Shown: piece after piece, positions 48,515 to 61,143 of the stretch
How positions within the stretch are numbered: position 1 is the stretch's first letter
Layout: every line of letters starts with the position of its first letter
Source: Eledone cirrhosa
Taxonomy: Eukaryota
Reading direction: 5' to 3'
DNA length: 64,000 nucleotides
Assembly (NCBI GenBank): GCA_964016885.1
Contig: OZ024766.1
Span: forward strand, 4,154,001 to 4,218,000
Position numbers and translations under genes: made by a program
The notes under the pieces: model-generated
Seen by the model: only the letters and a program-made list of their open reading frames with translations
Told to the model about the DNA's origin: nothing
The model's database searches: none

Positions 48515-50238
48515 TTAACGCGTTAGCATTTACATTACTCTATATATACTATTGTATTGTCACAGTAAAGGCTTTACCTCACATAATATCTCACATAACA
48601 TTTACATTACTCTATATATACTATTGTATTTTCACAGTAAAGGCTTTACCTCACATAATATCTCATAACATTTACATTACTCTATATATACTATTGTATT
48701 GTCACAGTAAAGGCTTTACCTCGCATAATATCTCACATAACATTTACATTACTCTATATATACTATTGTATTTTCACAGTAAAGGCTTTACCTCACATAA
48801 TATCTCACATAACATTTACATTACTCTATATATACTATTGTATTTTCACAGTAAAGGCTTTACCTCACATAATATCTCATAACATTTACATTACTCTATA
48901 TATACTATTGTATTGTCACAGTAAAGGCTTTACCTCGCATAATATCTCACATAACATTTACATTACTCTATATATACTATTGTATTTTCACAGTAAAGGC
49001 TTTACCTCACATAATATCTCACATAACATTTACATTACTCTATATATACTATTGTATTGTCACAGTAAAGGCTTTACCTCACATAATATCTCACATAACA
49101 TTTACCTTACTCTATATATACTATTGTATTTTCACAGTAAAGGCTTTACCTCACATAATATCTCACATAACATTTACATTACTCTATATATACTATTGTA
49201 TTGTCACAGTAAAGGCTTTACCTCACATAATATCTCACATAACATTTACATTACTCTATATATACTATTGTATTTTCACAGTAAAGGCTTTACCTCACAT
49301 AATATCTCACATAACATTTACATTACTCTATATATACTATTGTATTGTCACAGTAAAGGCTTTACCTCACATAATATCTCACATAACATTTACATTACTC
49401 TATATATACTATTGTATTTTCACAGTAAAGGCTTTACCTCACATAATATCTCACATAACATTTACATTACTCTATATATACTATTGTATTGTCACAGTAA
49501 AGGCTTTACCTCACATAATATCTCACATAACATTCACATTACTCTATATATACTATTGTATTTTCACAGTAAAGGCTTTACCTCGCATAATATCTCACAT
49601 AACATTTACATTACTCTATATATACTATTGTATTTTCACAGTAAAGGCTTTACCTCACATAATATCTCACATAACATTTACATTACTCTATATATACTAT
49701 TGTATTTTCACAGTAAAGGCTTTACCTCACATAATATCTCACATAACATTTACATTACTCTATATATACTATTGTATTGTCACAGTAAAGGCTTTACCTC
49801 ACATAATATCTCACATAACATTCACATTACTCTATATATACTATTGTATTTTCACAGTAAAGGCTTTACCTCACATAATATCTCACATAACATTCACATT
49901 ACTCTATATATACTATTGTATTTTCACAGTAAAGGCTTTACCTCGCATAATATCTCACATAAAATTTACATTACTCTATATATACTATTGTATTGTCACA
50001 GTAAAGGCTTTACCTCACATAATATCTCACATAACATTTACATTACTCTATATATACTATTGTATTTTCACAGTAAAGGCTTTATCTTGCATAATTATCT
50101 CATATAATATCAAATCTACGAGATTTTGATATTATTTATTTTGTGAACATTACCTTAACGTCAGTTACAGCTGGTTTGAACAGAAAGAGGTGAGAGAATT
50201 CTTTCCAGATACAGCTGGTTTATACACTAAAGGGTTAA
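48515..50238 (+). mobile_element. piggyBac-type MITE with expanded 72-bp array
   Basis: TTAA|CGCGTTAGCATTT ... CACTAAAGGG|TTAA. Confidence 0.8.
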
Positions 50239-50814
50239 GGTATCTTCGGTTATTGTTGCTGCTGGAAACAACCCCAACTGATTGACTTGATTCCAAGACA
50301 ATGACATCACTCACTAAGAAATTCAATAGACTTGTTGTTGGAATGGTAATGCTAAATCTGACAAATACTGGTGCTGTAAGTTTGTTTATTTTAAATCTTA
50401 TGCTATCAGAGCCTTGAGAAAGCAACACCAAAATCTCAGCCTGGTGCATATCAAGGAATCAGAACAACAGAAGTAAACTCATCCATCGTTATATTTTTCT
50501 TTTTAAATTCTAGCTGTCTGATGAGGTCATAACTGTTGCATAAATATATGTAACAGCAAATATGAATAAACAAAGTTAATTTTTAACATGTTGACTTACA
50601 CTTTTTATTTATAAATATACTCAGGAGTAAACAGACACACCTGCGAACTTCGTTGAATGCTCTACCCAACATACTGACGTGTTGGTAATTAACCAACACA
50701 CACTCGAATTAATATATATATATGTATATAAAAGGTAAACAGAAATAACAACACAATCGGTACAGTATATGGAAGGGATATATTAGGTTAACGCTTGATA
50801 TAGCAGGAAGAGGG

Positions 50815-50850
50815 TCTTAACGTTTCGGACGCTAGTCCTTCCTCAGAAGA
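50815..50850 (-). ncRNA. Minimal hammerhead-like motif
   Basis: UCUU CUGAGGA A GGAC-UAGC-GUCC GAAA CGUU AAGA; palindromic AACGUU in place of stem III. Confidence 0.55.
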
Positions 50851-50974
50851 AAGAATAAGAGATAAGATAGATTGAAGGGACGGGCGGGTTGGAATTGGAA
50901 AAATTGTCTTTAGATAAAAATAACAGGTCCATTCATGTTGACATCCATTGCAAAACTGTTGATGGTGTTATACA

Positions 50975-51316
50975 TCATCATCATCATCATCATTTTACGT
51001 CTGCTTTTCCCTGCTTGCAAGGGTGGGACGGGAACTGATTCTGGCTTGATCTCTACAGCTGGATGCCCTTCCTAACACCAACCTCATTTACAGTGAGTGC
51101 TGGGTGCTTTTTTACCGTGGCACCTCCACGACCACTTTACAGTGGAATGATAGGGACCCCAGTCCCTATCATCTCATTTCTACAGCTGAGTAAACTGGAG
51201 CAATGTGAAATAAAGTGTCTTGCTCAAGGAAACAACACATCACCCGGTCTGAGAATTGAACTCACAACCTTTTGATTGCAAGGCCAATGCTCTAACCACT
51301 AAGCCATGTGCCTCCA
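50975..51316 (-). mobile_element. SINE family 1
   Basis: Full-length match. Confidence 0.85.
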
Positions 51317-51344
51317 TCATTTTTATTATGTAAATTCTCCCCAT

Positions 51345-51975
51345 TCAGAAAACAGCACAGCTCCCATCACTTTCGGAAACAACCTGCATCAGTTGTTAGC
51401 TGTCAGGACACTGCATCCTTTAAAACCTCCATGCTTCCTGAGATTCGCCAACACTACACTTGATATTCCCCCTCCATACACACGCACACATGTATATCAT
51501 GACTCATACACTGTTCATTTTCCTAACGTTTGTACTGGCAGTATTGGTGGAAGGTCGGACACCATGCTTTGCAGCATAGAGTTACGGCCCTTTATGGTCT
51601 GAGTTCAAATCCCGCCGAGGTTAACTTTGCCTTTCGTCCTTACGGGGTCGATAAAATAAAGTACCAGTAATGCACTGGAATAATTACTGGCCTTGTGCCA
51701 AAGTAGAAACAATTATTCTATGTACTATACATGCAACTTTGATGAGTTGTAGTGCACCTGAGCACTGTACACAATAATTTCATTATTATGGATTGGCAGT
51801 ATCGGTAGAGGGTCGGACGCCATGCTTTCCAGCAGAGTTACGTCCCTTTACGATCTGAGTTCAAATCCCGCCGAGGTTGACTTTGCCTTTCACCCTTACG
51901 GGGGTCGATAAAATAAAGTACCAGTAATGCACTGGGGTAATTGCTGGCCTTGTGCCTAAAGTATAAACAATTATT
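51345..51975 (+). mobile_element. CR1/L2 tail interrupted and followed by two family-2 SINEs
   Basis: Matches 7700-8145; SINEs at about 51536-51716 and 51790-51975. Confidence 0.75.
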
Positions 51976-53465
51976 TTATTTCTCCTCGTTTCGGGGCACT
52001 TTTTTTTCATGGTACTCCCTCCCCATTTATATTTTTTAGAGGTTGGCACGTCTGGAGAGATGTGTAGATCTGCGAAACACCGATGGCCTTTTTCTACAAC
52101 TGTAAAACATACAGGACACTGCGGGATAAAACACGAGAAAGATGGTTGGATAACACCCATGAGCTCGACTGTTGTCACTTGCGGATCCAGCCGGATCAGT
52201 TGGAAATCGTTGCATCTGACAGGGTCCGCTGGAAGGAAAGTTTGAGGACTCTGTCCCCACGACCCTCTCAGGAAGAAGAAGCGACTCTCTGATCTTCGAG
52301 CTAGACACTCTACCGAGTAAGGTTACTCCACAGACCCCGGAGTCTAATAACGGAAACTAGTAAAAGATATTTAAAAGTCTATAAAATGTATATAAAACAA
52401 ATAATTACCTCGTCTAATCAGGCGTGTTGATATATATTATATACACAGTAAATATATATATATATATTTATACAGGTGCGTGTGTGTATATTTATATAGT
52501 ATGTGTGTGTATATATATATATATATATTATGTGTGTGTGTGTATATATATTATATATGTGTGTGTGTATGTGTGTATGTTATATTTATATGTGTATGTG
52601 TGTATGTTATATTTATATATATATATGTATGTGTGTGTGTGTGTTTTATATTTATATATAAGAAATATACTTCCGGGTCGTGGAACATCCGTGTCACTTA
52701 CCGGAGGTAGACGTAAAGATCCGGTGGGACATGCGCAATACGAACCAATTAATTTATGGAGTACAACCAGAAGTAGCCTTCATCACAGACACCTGTATCA
52801 TTCTATATAACTAACTACATGGATGTAAGAATCTACACACATATTTACAATTGACACAATGTGTGGAAACAACTGAAGGTCTTTGTGAATGTATTAAATT
52901 ATGTCCAGGGACTTTTAACGTTTGACACCGGTGATCATTCAACTGGAAACATTCTCCACGACACCGTTTACTCGCCATCTTGATTATAACGTTAATTAAT
53001 CTAATTAGATCTTGTATAGCAATTATCTCATGTTAAGGGGAAAGTTAATATTCTGTAGATAACATAGAGTGAGCTACATGTTCCAGAGTAGGTGTTCCAT
53101 CTCCTACATGATTAAATATTTCATTTCATGAGAAACTACGCTACATCGTGAATTGGTTGCTCCACATTTTACAGACAGTGAGAAATAGGTTTAAATCACC
53201 AACATCTGAACAATTAGCTTTCCTGGTCTTTCTTGACTTTACACTTGGACTTGAAATATAAAGTACGTATTATTTGTATTGTTAACACAGCAGATATTGT
53301 GTACTTTTCTACACTCCATGGTGAACAATCCGGGTTTATTAGAAGACAAAGACACATATATGTATATATATATACATAGACACAGCACAGCCATTTTCTT
53401 AACCCAACATCAGTCTTAAACTATAAAATCTATTCTGAACTTTTAATAATTCTTCAAGAATTACT

Positions 53466-55655
53466 ATGGAGGACGTTAAACCCTTGGACATTTCTAACAC
53501 ACCTGTTTCTACCAACATGGATACAGTTACACAGGAATACTGTGATGAGAAACCTTTGGACATTTCTAACACACCTGTTTCTACCAACATGGATACAGTT
53601 ACACAGGAATACTGTGATGAGAAACCTTTGGACATTTCTAACACACCTGTTTCTACCAACATGGATACAGTTACACAGGAATACTGTGATGTGAAACCCT
53701 TGGACATTTTTAACACACCTGTTTCTACCAACATGGATACAGTTACACAGGAATACTGTGATGTGAAACCCTTGGACATTTTTAACACACCTGTTTCTAC
53801 CAACATGGATACAGTTACACAGGAATACTGTGATGTGAAACCCTTGGACATTTTTAACACACCTGTTTCTACCAATATGGATACAGTTACACAGGTATAC
53901 TGTGACGTGAAACCTTTACTTAGTGAAACATGTGCCGAACAAGGATCATTACAGGCAAATATTCCTGAATATAGCTGTGATGTTTGTTGGCAAACTTTCC
54001 CATCAGAAGATGAATTATCCACTCACAAACAAATACATACTAAAGATAAACCCTTTCATTGCCAAATATGTGGGAAATCTTTTGATAAAAATTCTCAAAT
54101 TGTCATCCACATACGTACTCACACTGGAGAGAAACCCTTCAGCTGTGAAATATGTGGGAAATCTTTCGTTTGTAATAGCTATTTAACTGTACACAAAAGA
54201 ACACACACTGGTACGAAGCCATATTCCTGTGAAATTTGTGGGAAATCCTTTGTAGCTAACAGTGACTTAACAAAACACAAAAAAACACACACGAGAGAGA
54301 AAACATTCCACTGTGAGATATGTGGGAAGTCCTTTATTTCTAAGAGCTTATTGACAAGCCATATTAGAAGTCACACCGGTGAAAAGCCATTTCACTGTGA
54401 AATATGTGGCAAATGTTTCCATCATAATTGTGACTTGGCTAAACACAGAAGGATACACACAGGGGAGCGTCCTTACCACTGTGAAATATGTGGGAGGTCG
54501 TTTCGTTTGAAAGGTGTTTTAACAATGCATAAACACAGGCATACAGGTGAGAAACCTTTCCATTGTCAGATATGTGGCAAATCCTTTGTCTGTAATGGCG
54601 ATTTAACTACCCACAAAAGAATACATACAGGGGAGAAACGGTTCCATTGTGAAATATGTGGGAAATCATTTATTTCGAAGGGTGATTTAACGACACATAC
54701 AAGAATACATACAGGAGAGAGACCTTTCCATTGCGAAATTTGCGGGAAATCGTTTGCAGCTAACTGTGATCTCACGAAACACATACGTAGACACACTGGA
54801 GAGAAACGCTACCATTGCGAAATATGTGGGAAAGCTTTTATTACTAACTCCCAGCTTGTCATACACAACCGCAGTCATACAGGAGAAAAACCTTTCCATT
54901 GTGAAACATGTGAGAAAGCTTTTATTACCAACTCTCAGCTTGCCATACACACCCGCAGTCACACAGGAGAAAAACACTTTCACTGTGAAACATGTAGGAA
55001 ATCTTTTATTACTAACTCCCAGCTTCTTATACACAACCGCAGCCATACAGGAGACAAGTCTTATGATTGTGAAACATGTGGCAAATCGTTTATTGCCAAC
55101 TCCCAGCTTGAGATACACAATCGTGGTCATGCAGCAGGAAATTGTTTTGATTGCGATACATGTGGGAAATCTTTTTTAACCAACTCCCAGTTTGTCATAC
55201 ACACTCGAACACACACAGGAGAAAAGTCTTTTCAATGTGAAATCTGTGATAAACCTTTCAAAACTAAAAGTGATTTAAATCGTCATATGAGGATACACAC
55301 AGGAGAAAAGCCATATCATTGTGAAATCTGCGGCAAAGCATTCTCTGACTATTCCAATCTTATAGGGCACAGGCGTACACATACCGGAGAGAAACCATAT
55401 CCTTGTGACATCTGTGGCAAAGCTTTCATGAACAATTCTCATCTTGTGGTCCACAAACGCAGCCACACTGGGGAGAAGCCTTATGACTGTACTGTCTGTG
55501 GGAAATCTTTTTTCGTCAAATCTAACCTTGTCGTTCACAATAGGATACATACAGGAGAAAAACCTTTTGACTGTGATGTATGTGGGAAATCTTTTTACAC
55601 TAACACCCTGGTGAATAAGCACAAGAGGATGCATTACAAATCTAAATCACGTTGA
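53466..55655 (+). CDS. C2H2 zinc-finger protein B, 729 aa, 20 fingers, six 24-aa N-terminal repeats
   Basis: Intact ORF; clear paralog of 43647-45404. Confidence 0.94.
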   Translation: MEDVKPLDISNTPVSTNMDTVTQEYCDEKPLDISNTPVSTNMDTVTQEYCDEKPLDISNTPVSTNMDTVTQEYCDVKPLDIFNTPVSTNMDTVTQEYCDVKPLDIFNTPVSTNMDTVTQEYCDVKPLDIFNTPVSTNMDTVTQVYCDVKPLLSETCAEQGSLQANIPEYSCDVCWQTFPSEDELSTHKQIHTKDKPFHCQICGKSFDKNSQIVIHIRTHTGEKPFSCEICGKSFVCNSYLTVHKRTHTGTKPYSCEICGKSFVANSDLTKHKKTHTREKTFHCEICGKSFISKSLLTSHIRSHTGEKPFHCEICGKCFHHNCDLAKHRRIHTGERPYHCEICGRSFRLKGVLTMHKHRHTGEKPFHCQICGKSFVCNGDLTTHKRIHTGEKRFHCEICGKSFISKGDLTTHTRIHTGERPFHCEICGKSFAANCDLTKHIRRHTGEKRYHCEICGKAFITNSQLVIHNRSHTGEKPFHCETCEKAFITNSQLAIHTRSHTGEKHFHCETCRKSFITNSQLLIHNRSHTGDKSYDCETCGKSFIANSQLEIHNRGHAAGNCFDCDTCGKSFLTNSQFVIHTRTHTGEKSFQCEICDKPFKTKSDLNRHMRIHTGEKPYHCEICGKAFSDYSNLIGHRRTHTGEKPYPCDICGKAFMNNSHLVVHKRSHTGEKPYDCTVCGKSFFVKSNLVVHNRIHTGEKPFDCDVCGKSFYTNTLVNKHKRMHYKSKSR

Positions 55656-55854
55656 TTTTGAATATTTGGTGGTTGGTTCTAGTTTTCCAAACATCCTACG
55701 TGCGAGCTTTGTCCCAAAAGTAAGTGTGCTGATTTTCCTATGTTCGACATGGTAAAGCAGCACCTCGATATATATATATATAGTCGTGTTGGTTATGACC
55801 TCGGCTACAGGTACATACGTTGAGTCAGTTGTTGCTGCTTATGTACTTACGTTT

Positions 55855-56060
55855 GCAATGCAGGAAAATATCAAACAATTCTATGTGATCAAATATTCTG
55901 TGAAACTCGACAAATCTATTACCAAACCATTTAATTCTTTAACACAAGCTGAGGGAGATGCCTCTCTAGCAGGAAGTCAGATTTTTAAGGGCCACAAAGC
56001 TTTCAAAGAGGGCCAAGAAAATGTTGAAGATGAACAAAATGTGAAAGTGGTGAGAGCTCA
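55855..56060 (+). mobile_element. Mariner-type transposase N-terminal relic
   Basis: QFYVIKYSVKLDKS..GDASLAGSQIFKGHKAFKEGQENVEDE resembles the mariner HTH region. Confidence 0.7.
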
Positions 56061-56339
56061 GCTGTTGGTCACTAATTTTTCAATATATATATACACCAAC
56101 ATTCTTATATATCAGTACCATTATATATGTACACACACACACATATATATATATATATATTCACACAGTCTTATTCATAACTAGCTGAGGTACCTGGCTT
56201 CACCCAGGAGGATAGTTGTGAAGATGGATAAAAGAGAAAATGAGTGTATTGGATGTGTTTTCTGGTGTGAGGTGAGACCGTAATGTATGAAGTGTGAGAG
56301 AGACATAAAGAAAACAATCATAAAACTTCCTTATTAGGC

Positions 56340-56480
56340 CGGAGAGTAAACTGCCAATTAAATGGTAGCATTGGCCTTGGATTTTAAATGTGAAATAACC
56401 AGAGTCAGTATGATCTTTTTCAACTCCAAAGGACCTCATCTGAAACACAGTATACTCCATAACATTGCGGTATATAGTAT
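56340..56480 (-). mobile_element. Helitron Rep/Hel relic
   Basis: FQMRSFG..FTFKIQGQCYHLIGSLL resembles the conserved Helitron N-terminal motif. Confidence 0.7.
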
Positions 56481-57494
56481 ATGGATAAAAGCTGAATGGT
56501 AGATTAATTTCAAATAGTATCAGATTTTCTTTCTTCTGTAAAATCAAAGGCTGTATAATGACTTTATGAAAGCTAACACAATATTGTTGAATCAAAGGAT
56601 CTATAGTTTAAGCCATTTCTAGACTTTCGTGGGGGTGTAACTCTCTCTCTCTTTGAATATCTAACACTTTAATTGTATCTCATTCTCTCTCTCTCTCTAG
56701 ATGTGTGTGTGTAGTTTCTATGTGATTCAAGCAATAAACATCTTCCGTTTATATATATAATTTTTAATTTTTTTTTGTTAAAAAATAAATACTTATGTTA
56801 TCTTGACTGTTAACTCCCTCTTCAGCAGATAAACTTTTGCTGATTTGTATTGAGTACTGTTAATATTGAATGTTTAATTGTTTTTTTGTTTTTTTTTCTT
56901 TGATTTTTATATATTATATATCACTGGGCACATAAATAGTAAACTGTTCATATGGAGACCTCAGGGCAACCAGAAACTGTCGATCAATCCCATATTCCTG
57001 CAGGACATTTAACATTAGGTCCTGTGGAATGAGGTCATAAGCGTTTCCGAGGTCTATGGAACAAGCTTACACTTCTTTGCAAATGTTCCCACGATTTCTT
57101 AAAGACCTGCCACTCTGCATACAGTTGTCTCCCAGTATCTGCAGGGGTTTTATTCCAAGAGCACACCGTGAATATTGAATGTGGTCCATAAAAATGCCTA
57201 TAAATGTGAAAGTATAACGTAAAATATAAAGAGGGAGCGGAGCGTCTTATGTGAAGGGGCATCCAATAGGATTGCAAATATGGTGAATTGTTATTAATAA
57301 TTTTGCGTTAAAAAAATATATATTGCCACGAAAAAAGCCATAAAAAAATTGCGGAAGATATTTACTATTCTGCAAATATGTGGAGGTTTCCATGAAGAAT
57401 TTGGGGCAAAAAATCACACTTCGTCAGGTAGCTTGAACTCGACAATTTCCTACATCTCTTTGCCAGATACCTAGCATAAACTTTACCTGGGAAG

Positions 57495-57866
57495 TTTAAT
57501 TCTCAGACCGGGTGATGTGTTGTTTTCTTGAGCAAGACACTTTATTTCACATGGCTCCAGTTTACTCAGCTGTAGAAATGAGATGGTAGGGACTGGGGTC
57601 CATATCATTCCACTGTAAAGTGGTCGTGGAGGTGCGACGGCAAAAAAAGCACCCAGCACTCACTGTAAAGTGGTCGTGGAGGTGCCACGGCTAAAAAGCA
57701 CCCAGCCCTCACTGTAAAGTGGTCGTGGAGGTGCCACGGCAAAAAAGCACCCAGCACTCACTGTAAATGAGGGCATCCAGCTGTAGAAATCAAGCCAGCA
57801 TCAGTTCCCGTCCTACCCTTGCAAGCAGGGAAAAAGCAGACATAAAATGAAATGATGATGATGATA
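57495..57866 (+). mobile_element. SINE family 1 (5'-truncated)
   Basis: Match to other copies. Confidence 0.8.
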
Positions 57867-57906
57867 CCTTTATAATTAGAACAATCTCTCGTGTCTCTTT
57901 TTTTTA

Positions 57907-58115
57907 ACACACTAGAGAAAAACCCTTCCACTGCGAAATATGTGGGAAATCTTTCAATCTTTCTCTGAAAACGCTGGTTACCTAGTTCACAGAGCATACG
58001 CTGGAGAGAAGCTCTTTCATTGTGAAAATCAGTTTTTAAGCTGCACACTAGAAAAACCCCTTCAATTGTGAAATATATGGGAAATCTTTTGCTTACAAAA
58101 TTTATGTAGCCACAC
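57907..58115 (+). pseudogene. Degenerate C2H2 ZNF remnant (about 3 broken fingers)
   Basis: ACTAGAGAAAAACCCTTCCACTGCGAAATATGTGGGAAATCTTTC (TREKPFHCEICGKSF), then frameshifted fingers. Confidence 0.8.
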
Positions 58116-58139
58116 CAACATTGCTTCCGTATAATTGGT

Positions 58140-58682
58140 GGACTGTCTGCCACATGATGTAATGTTGTGTCTTGTCTCAGAAAACTTTATAGGGTAACAC
58201 CCACATTCCCTGTTGTAGGGTGTAATTGAGGGACCCTCTATCACATGTGGTAATGTCGTGTGCATCTTGTCTCAGAAAATTTAGAGGGCAACACCCACAC
58301 ACCCTGTTGCAGGGTGTAAGTGAGGGACCCTCTATCACCTGATGTAATGCTGTCTGTGTCTTGTGCCAGAAATACTATAGGTCAACACCAACATTCCCCG
58401 TTGTCTGTAATTGAGGGACCCTCTATCACATGTGGTAACATTGCTAGTGTCTTGTCTGAGAAACCTTACAGGGTAACACCAACATTCCCTGTTTGTAATT
58501 GAGGGACCCTCTATCACATGTGGTAACGTTGCTAGTGTCTTGTCTGAGAAACGTTACAGGGTAACACCTACATTCCCTGTTAGAGGGTCCCTCAAACACC
58601 CTCTATCACATTGTAATGCAGCTAGTGTCTTGGGGCAGAAACCTTACAGGTCAACACCAACATTCCGTTTGTAATTGAGGGA
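58140..58682. repeat. Diverged about 90-bp tandem repeat
   Basis: gagggaccctctatcac recurs at about 58228, 58322, 58413 and 58501. Confidence 0.85.
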
Positions 58683-58685
58683 GTG

Positions 58686-58717
<32 letters not shown>

Positions 58718-58899
58718 GGACTTCTTTCCACGAATTTGTTTCTTTTATAAGTCATTTATTAGTATTTTTCATAATTAATTAATTAAATTGTATTTATATC
58801 TTAAAATTTCATTCCATATGTTAATAAAAGATTTATATTTTAGATATTTGCCAAGTCAGTCGTTTCAATCGGTTATTTTTCCTACTAAATATATTATCA

Positions 58900-58915
58900 C
58901 CATATATATACATAC

Positions 58916-58946
<31 letters not shown>

Positions 58947-58956
58947 CATATATATG

Positions 58957-59008
<52 letters not shown>

Positions 59009-59394
59009 CATATATATGTATATACATACATATATATATTTTTTAAAAGTTGTAAACAAAAAACAAAAAAACGTAGAAGCCAAGATGCAGTATAAATGTT
59101 ATTAGTTTCATGATTTGGGGGGGGGGGGAATATGCATATATATATATTATATATATATATTTATATATATTATATATATATATATTTATATATATTATAT
59201 ATATATATATTTATATATATTATATATATATATTATATATATATATATCATATATATATACATATATCATATATATATATATACACATATCATATATATA
59301 TACATATATCATATATATATATACATATATCATATATATATATACATATATCATATATATATATACATATATCATATATATATATACATATATC

Positions 59395-59425
<31 letters not shown>

Positions 59426-59468
59426 CATATATCATATATAGATATACACATATATATATATATATATG
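58900..59468. repeat. (TA)n-rich microsatellites
   Basis: Direct reading. Confidence 0.95.
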
Positions 59469-59533
59469 TTTTTCTTTGCTTACTTCCTTAAAGCTTACCA
59501 TCATTCCATTGGTATACATCTATTATGCAATTC

Positions 59534-59591
59534 ACACCTGATGATGTCACCGGGTCCCTACGCCAGCTGGCCCCTGAAATGTGTATAGTGT
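59534..59591 (+). ncRNA. Minimal type I hammerhead candidate, family B
   Basis: ACAC CUGAUGA UGUCACCGG..CUGGCCCCU GAAA UGUGUAUA GUGU, then AAUAAA; homologous to 34610-34680. Confidence 0.55.
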
Positions 59592-59807
59592 TTAGAGTAA
59601 TAAAAAAATCAAGGAAATTCGACATATTTGGCCTCCTGTCATTTCACTTTATAATACATTTACTCCATTCCTGCACCACTAACAGGATTTAACATTGAAG
59701 ATGGATGAGTTGTATAACGCTGAGTGCTTTTCTCCAATTACACCATGGTTAACATTGCAGGATGACCAATTCTACCCTGTGGTAAACCACCAAATTTAAA
59801 CGTATAA

Positions 59808-60485
59808 TGGAGGCACATGGCTTAGTGGTTAGAGCATTGGCCTTGCAATCGAAAGGTTGTGAGTTCAATTCTCAGACCGGGTGATGTGTTGTTTCCTTGA
59901 GCAAGACACTTTATTTCACATTGCTCCAGTTTACTCAGCTGTAGAAATGAGATGATAGGGTCTGGGGTCCCTATCATTAAATCACCCAAGACACCTCCAC
60001 CGAGATATACCTTGGAGGAGGCCAGCTAAACCTGCATAGGTGTGAGCTGTCACACACACACCACCAGTCATTAGACTCTGGCCATGCTGGGGCACCACCA
60101 GTGAAGGCGCATGGCTTAGTGGTTAGAGCATTGGCCTTGCAATCGAAAGGTTGTGAGTTCAATTCTCAGACCGGGTGATGTGTTGTTTCCTTGAGCAAGA
60201 CACTTTATTTCACATTGCTCCAGTTTACTCAGCCATAGAAATGAGATGATAGGACTGGGGTCCCTATCATTAAATCACCCAAGACACCTCCACCGAGATA
60301 TACCTTGGAGGAGGCCAGCTAAACCTGCTTAGGTGTGAGCTGTCACACACACACACACCAGTCATTAGACTCTGGCCATGCTGGGGCACCACCAGTGAAG
60401 GCGCATGGCTTAGTGGTTAGAGCATTGGCCTTGCAATCGAAAGGTTGTGAGTTCAATTCTCAGACCGGGTGATGTGTTGTTTCCA
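59808..60485 (+). mobile_element. About 296-bp tandem repeat of a family-1 SINE head plus unique spacer (2.3 copies)
   Basis: Heads at about 59810, 60105 and 60400. Confidence 0.85.
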
Positions 60486-61000
60486 CAATGAAAATGTTGA
60501 GAGAATTCTAGCCGGATTAAATGCTAAAGGGCTAATTCAGTGCCTGGTCCAAGTTGTGAGGCAGGCTTGTTTATGCCAGACAAAATCCTACTGGTATGTA
60601 ATCAATCCCACGATGGTAAACAACATCCCTCATCAGTGAAAGGACCTCTGTACTCTATTACATCATAAAGCGCTCAACTGGATAAGGAGCTATTCATCAT
60701 TTCATCATCATCATCATCATTTTACGTCCGCTTTTCCCCTGCTTGCAAGAGTGGGACGGGAACTGATTCCAGGATGTATGGTAGATTTTTTGAGACTTAT
60801 TTTAGGAAGAGAGTATCATCTTTGATGCCAGGAAATACGGTATATATATATATATATATAAGGGTTAAAATACTGGAGCGTGTTGGAGTTAAACACTTAT
60901 ATATTTTTACCCATAATCTTGCAATACTTTAGTGTATGTACACTCCATATTCTTCGGAGTTTCCGGCTTGTATCGGCCGATAATACTTCTTGTTGTTTTA

Positions 61001-61046
61001 ATTGCCCTGATGAGTCCTTAATAGGATGAAACATTGTTGGCTAATA
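61001..61046 (+). ncRNA. Minimal type I hammerhead candidate, family C
   Basis: AUUGCC CUGAUGA GUCCU-UAAU-AGGAU GAAA CAUUG UU GGCUAAU, overlapping AAUAAA. Confidence 0.7.
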
Positions 61047-61089
61047 AAGACTTTTGATGTATTGAAGGCTTCTTTGTTTTACTTTCTTA

Positions 61090-61143
<54 letters not shown>

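Noticed and set aside
59808-59880. tRNA gene-like sequence
   Set aside because: A/B boxes belong to SINE heads; no proper acceptor stem, and the SINE body follows.
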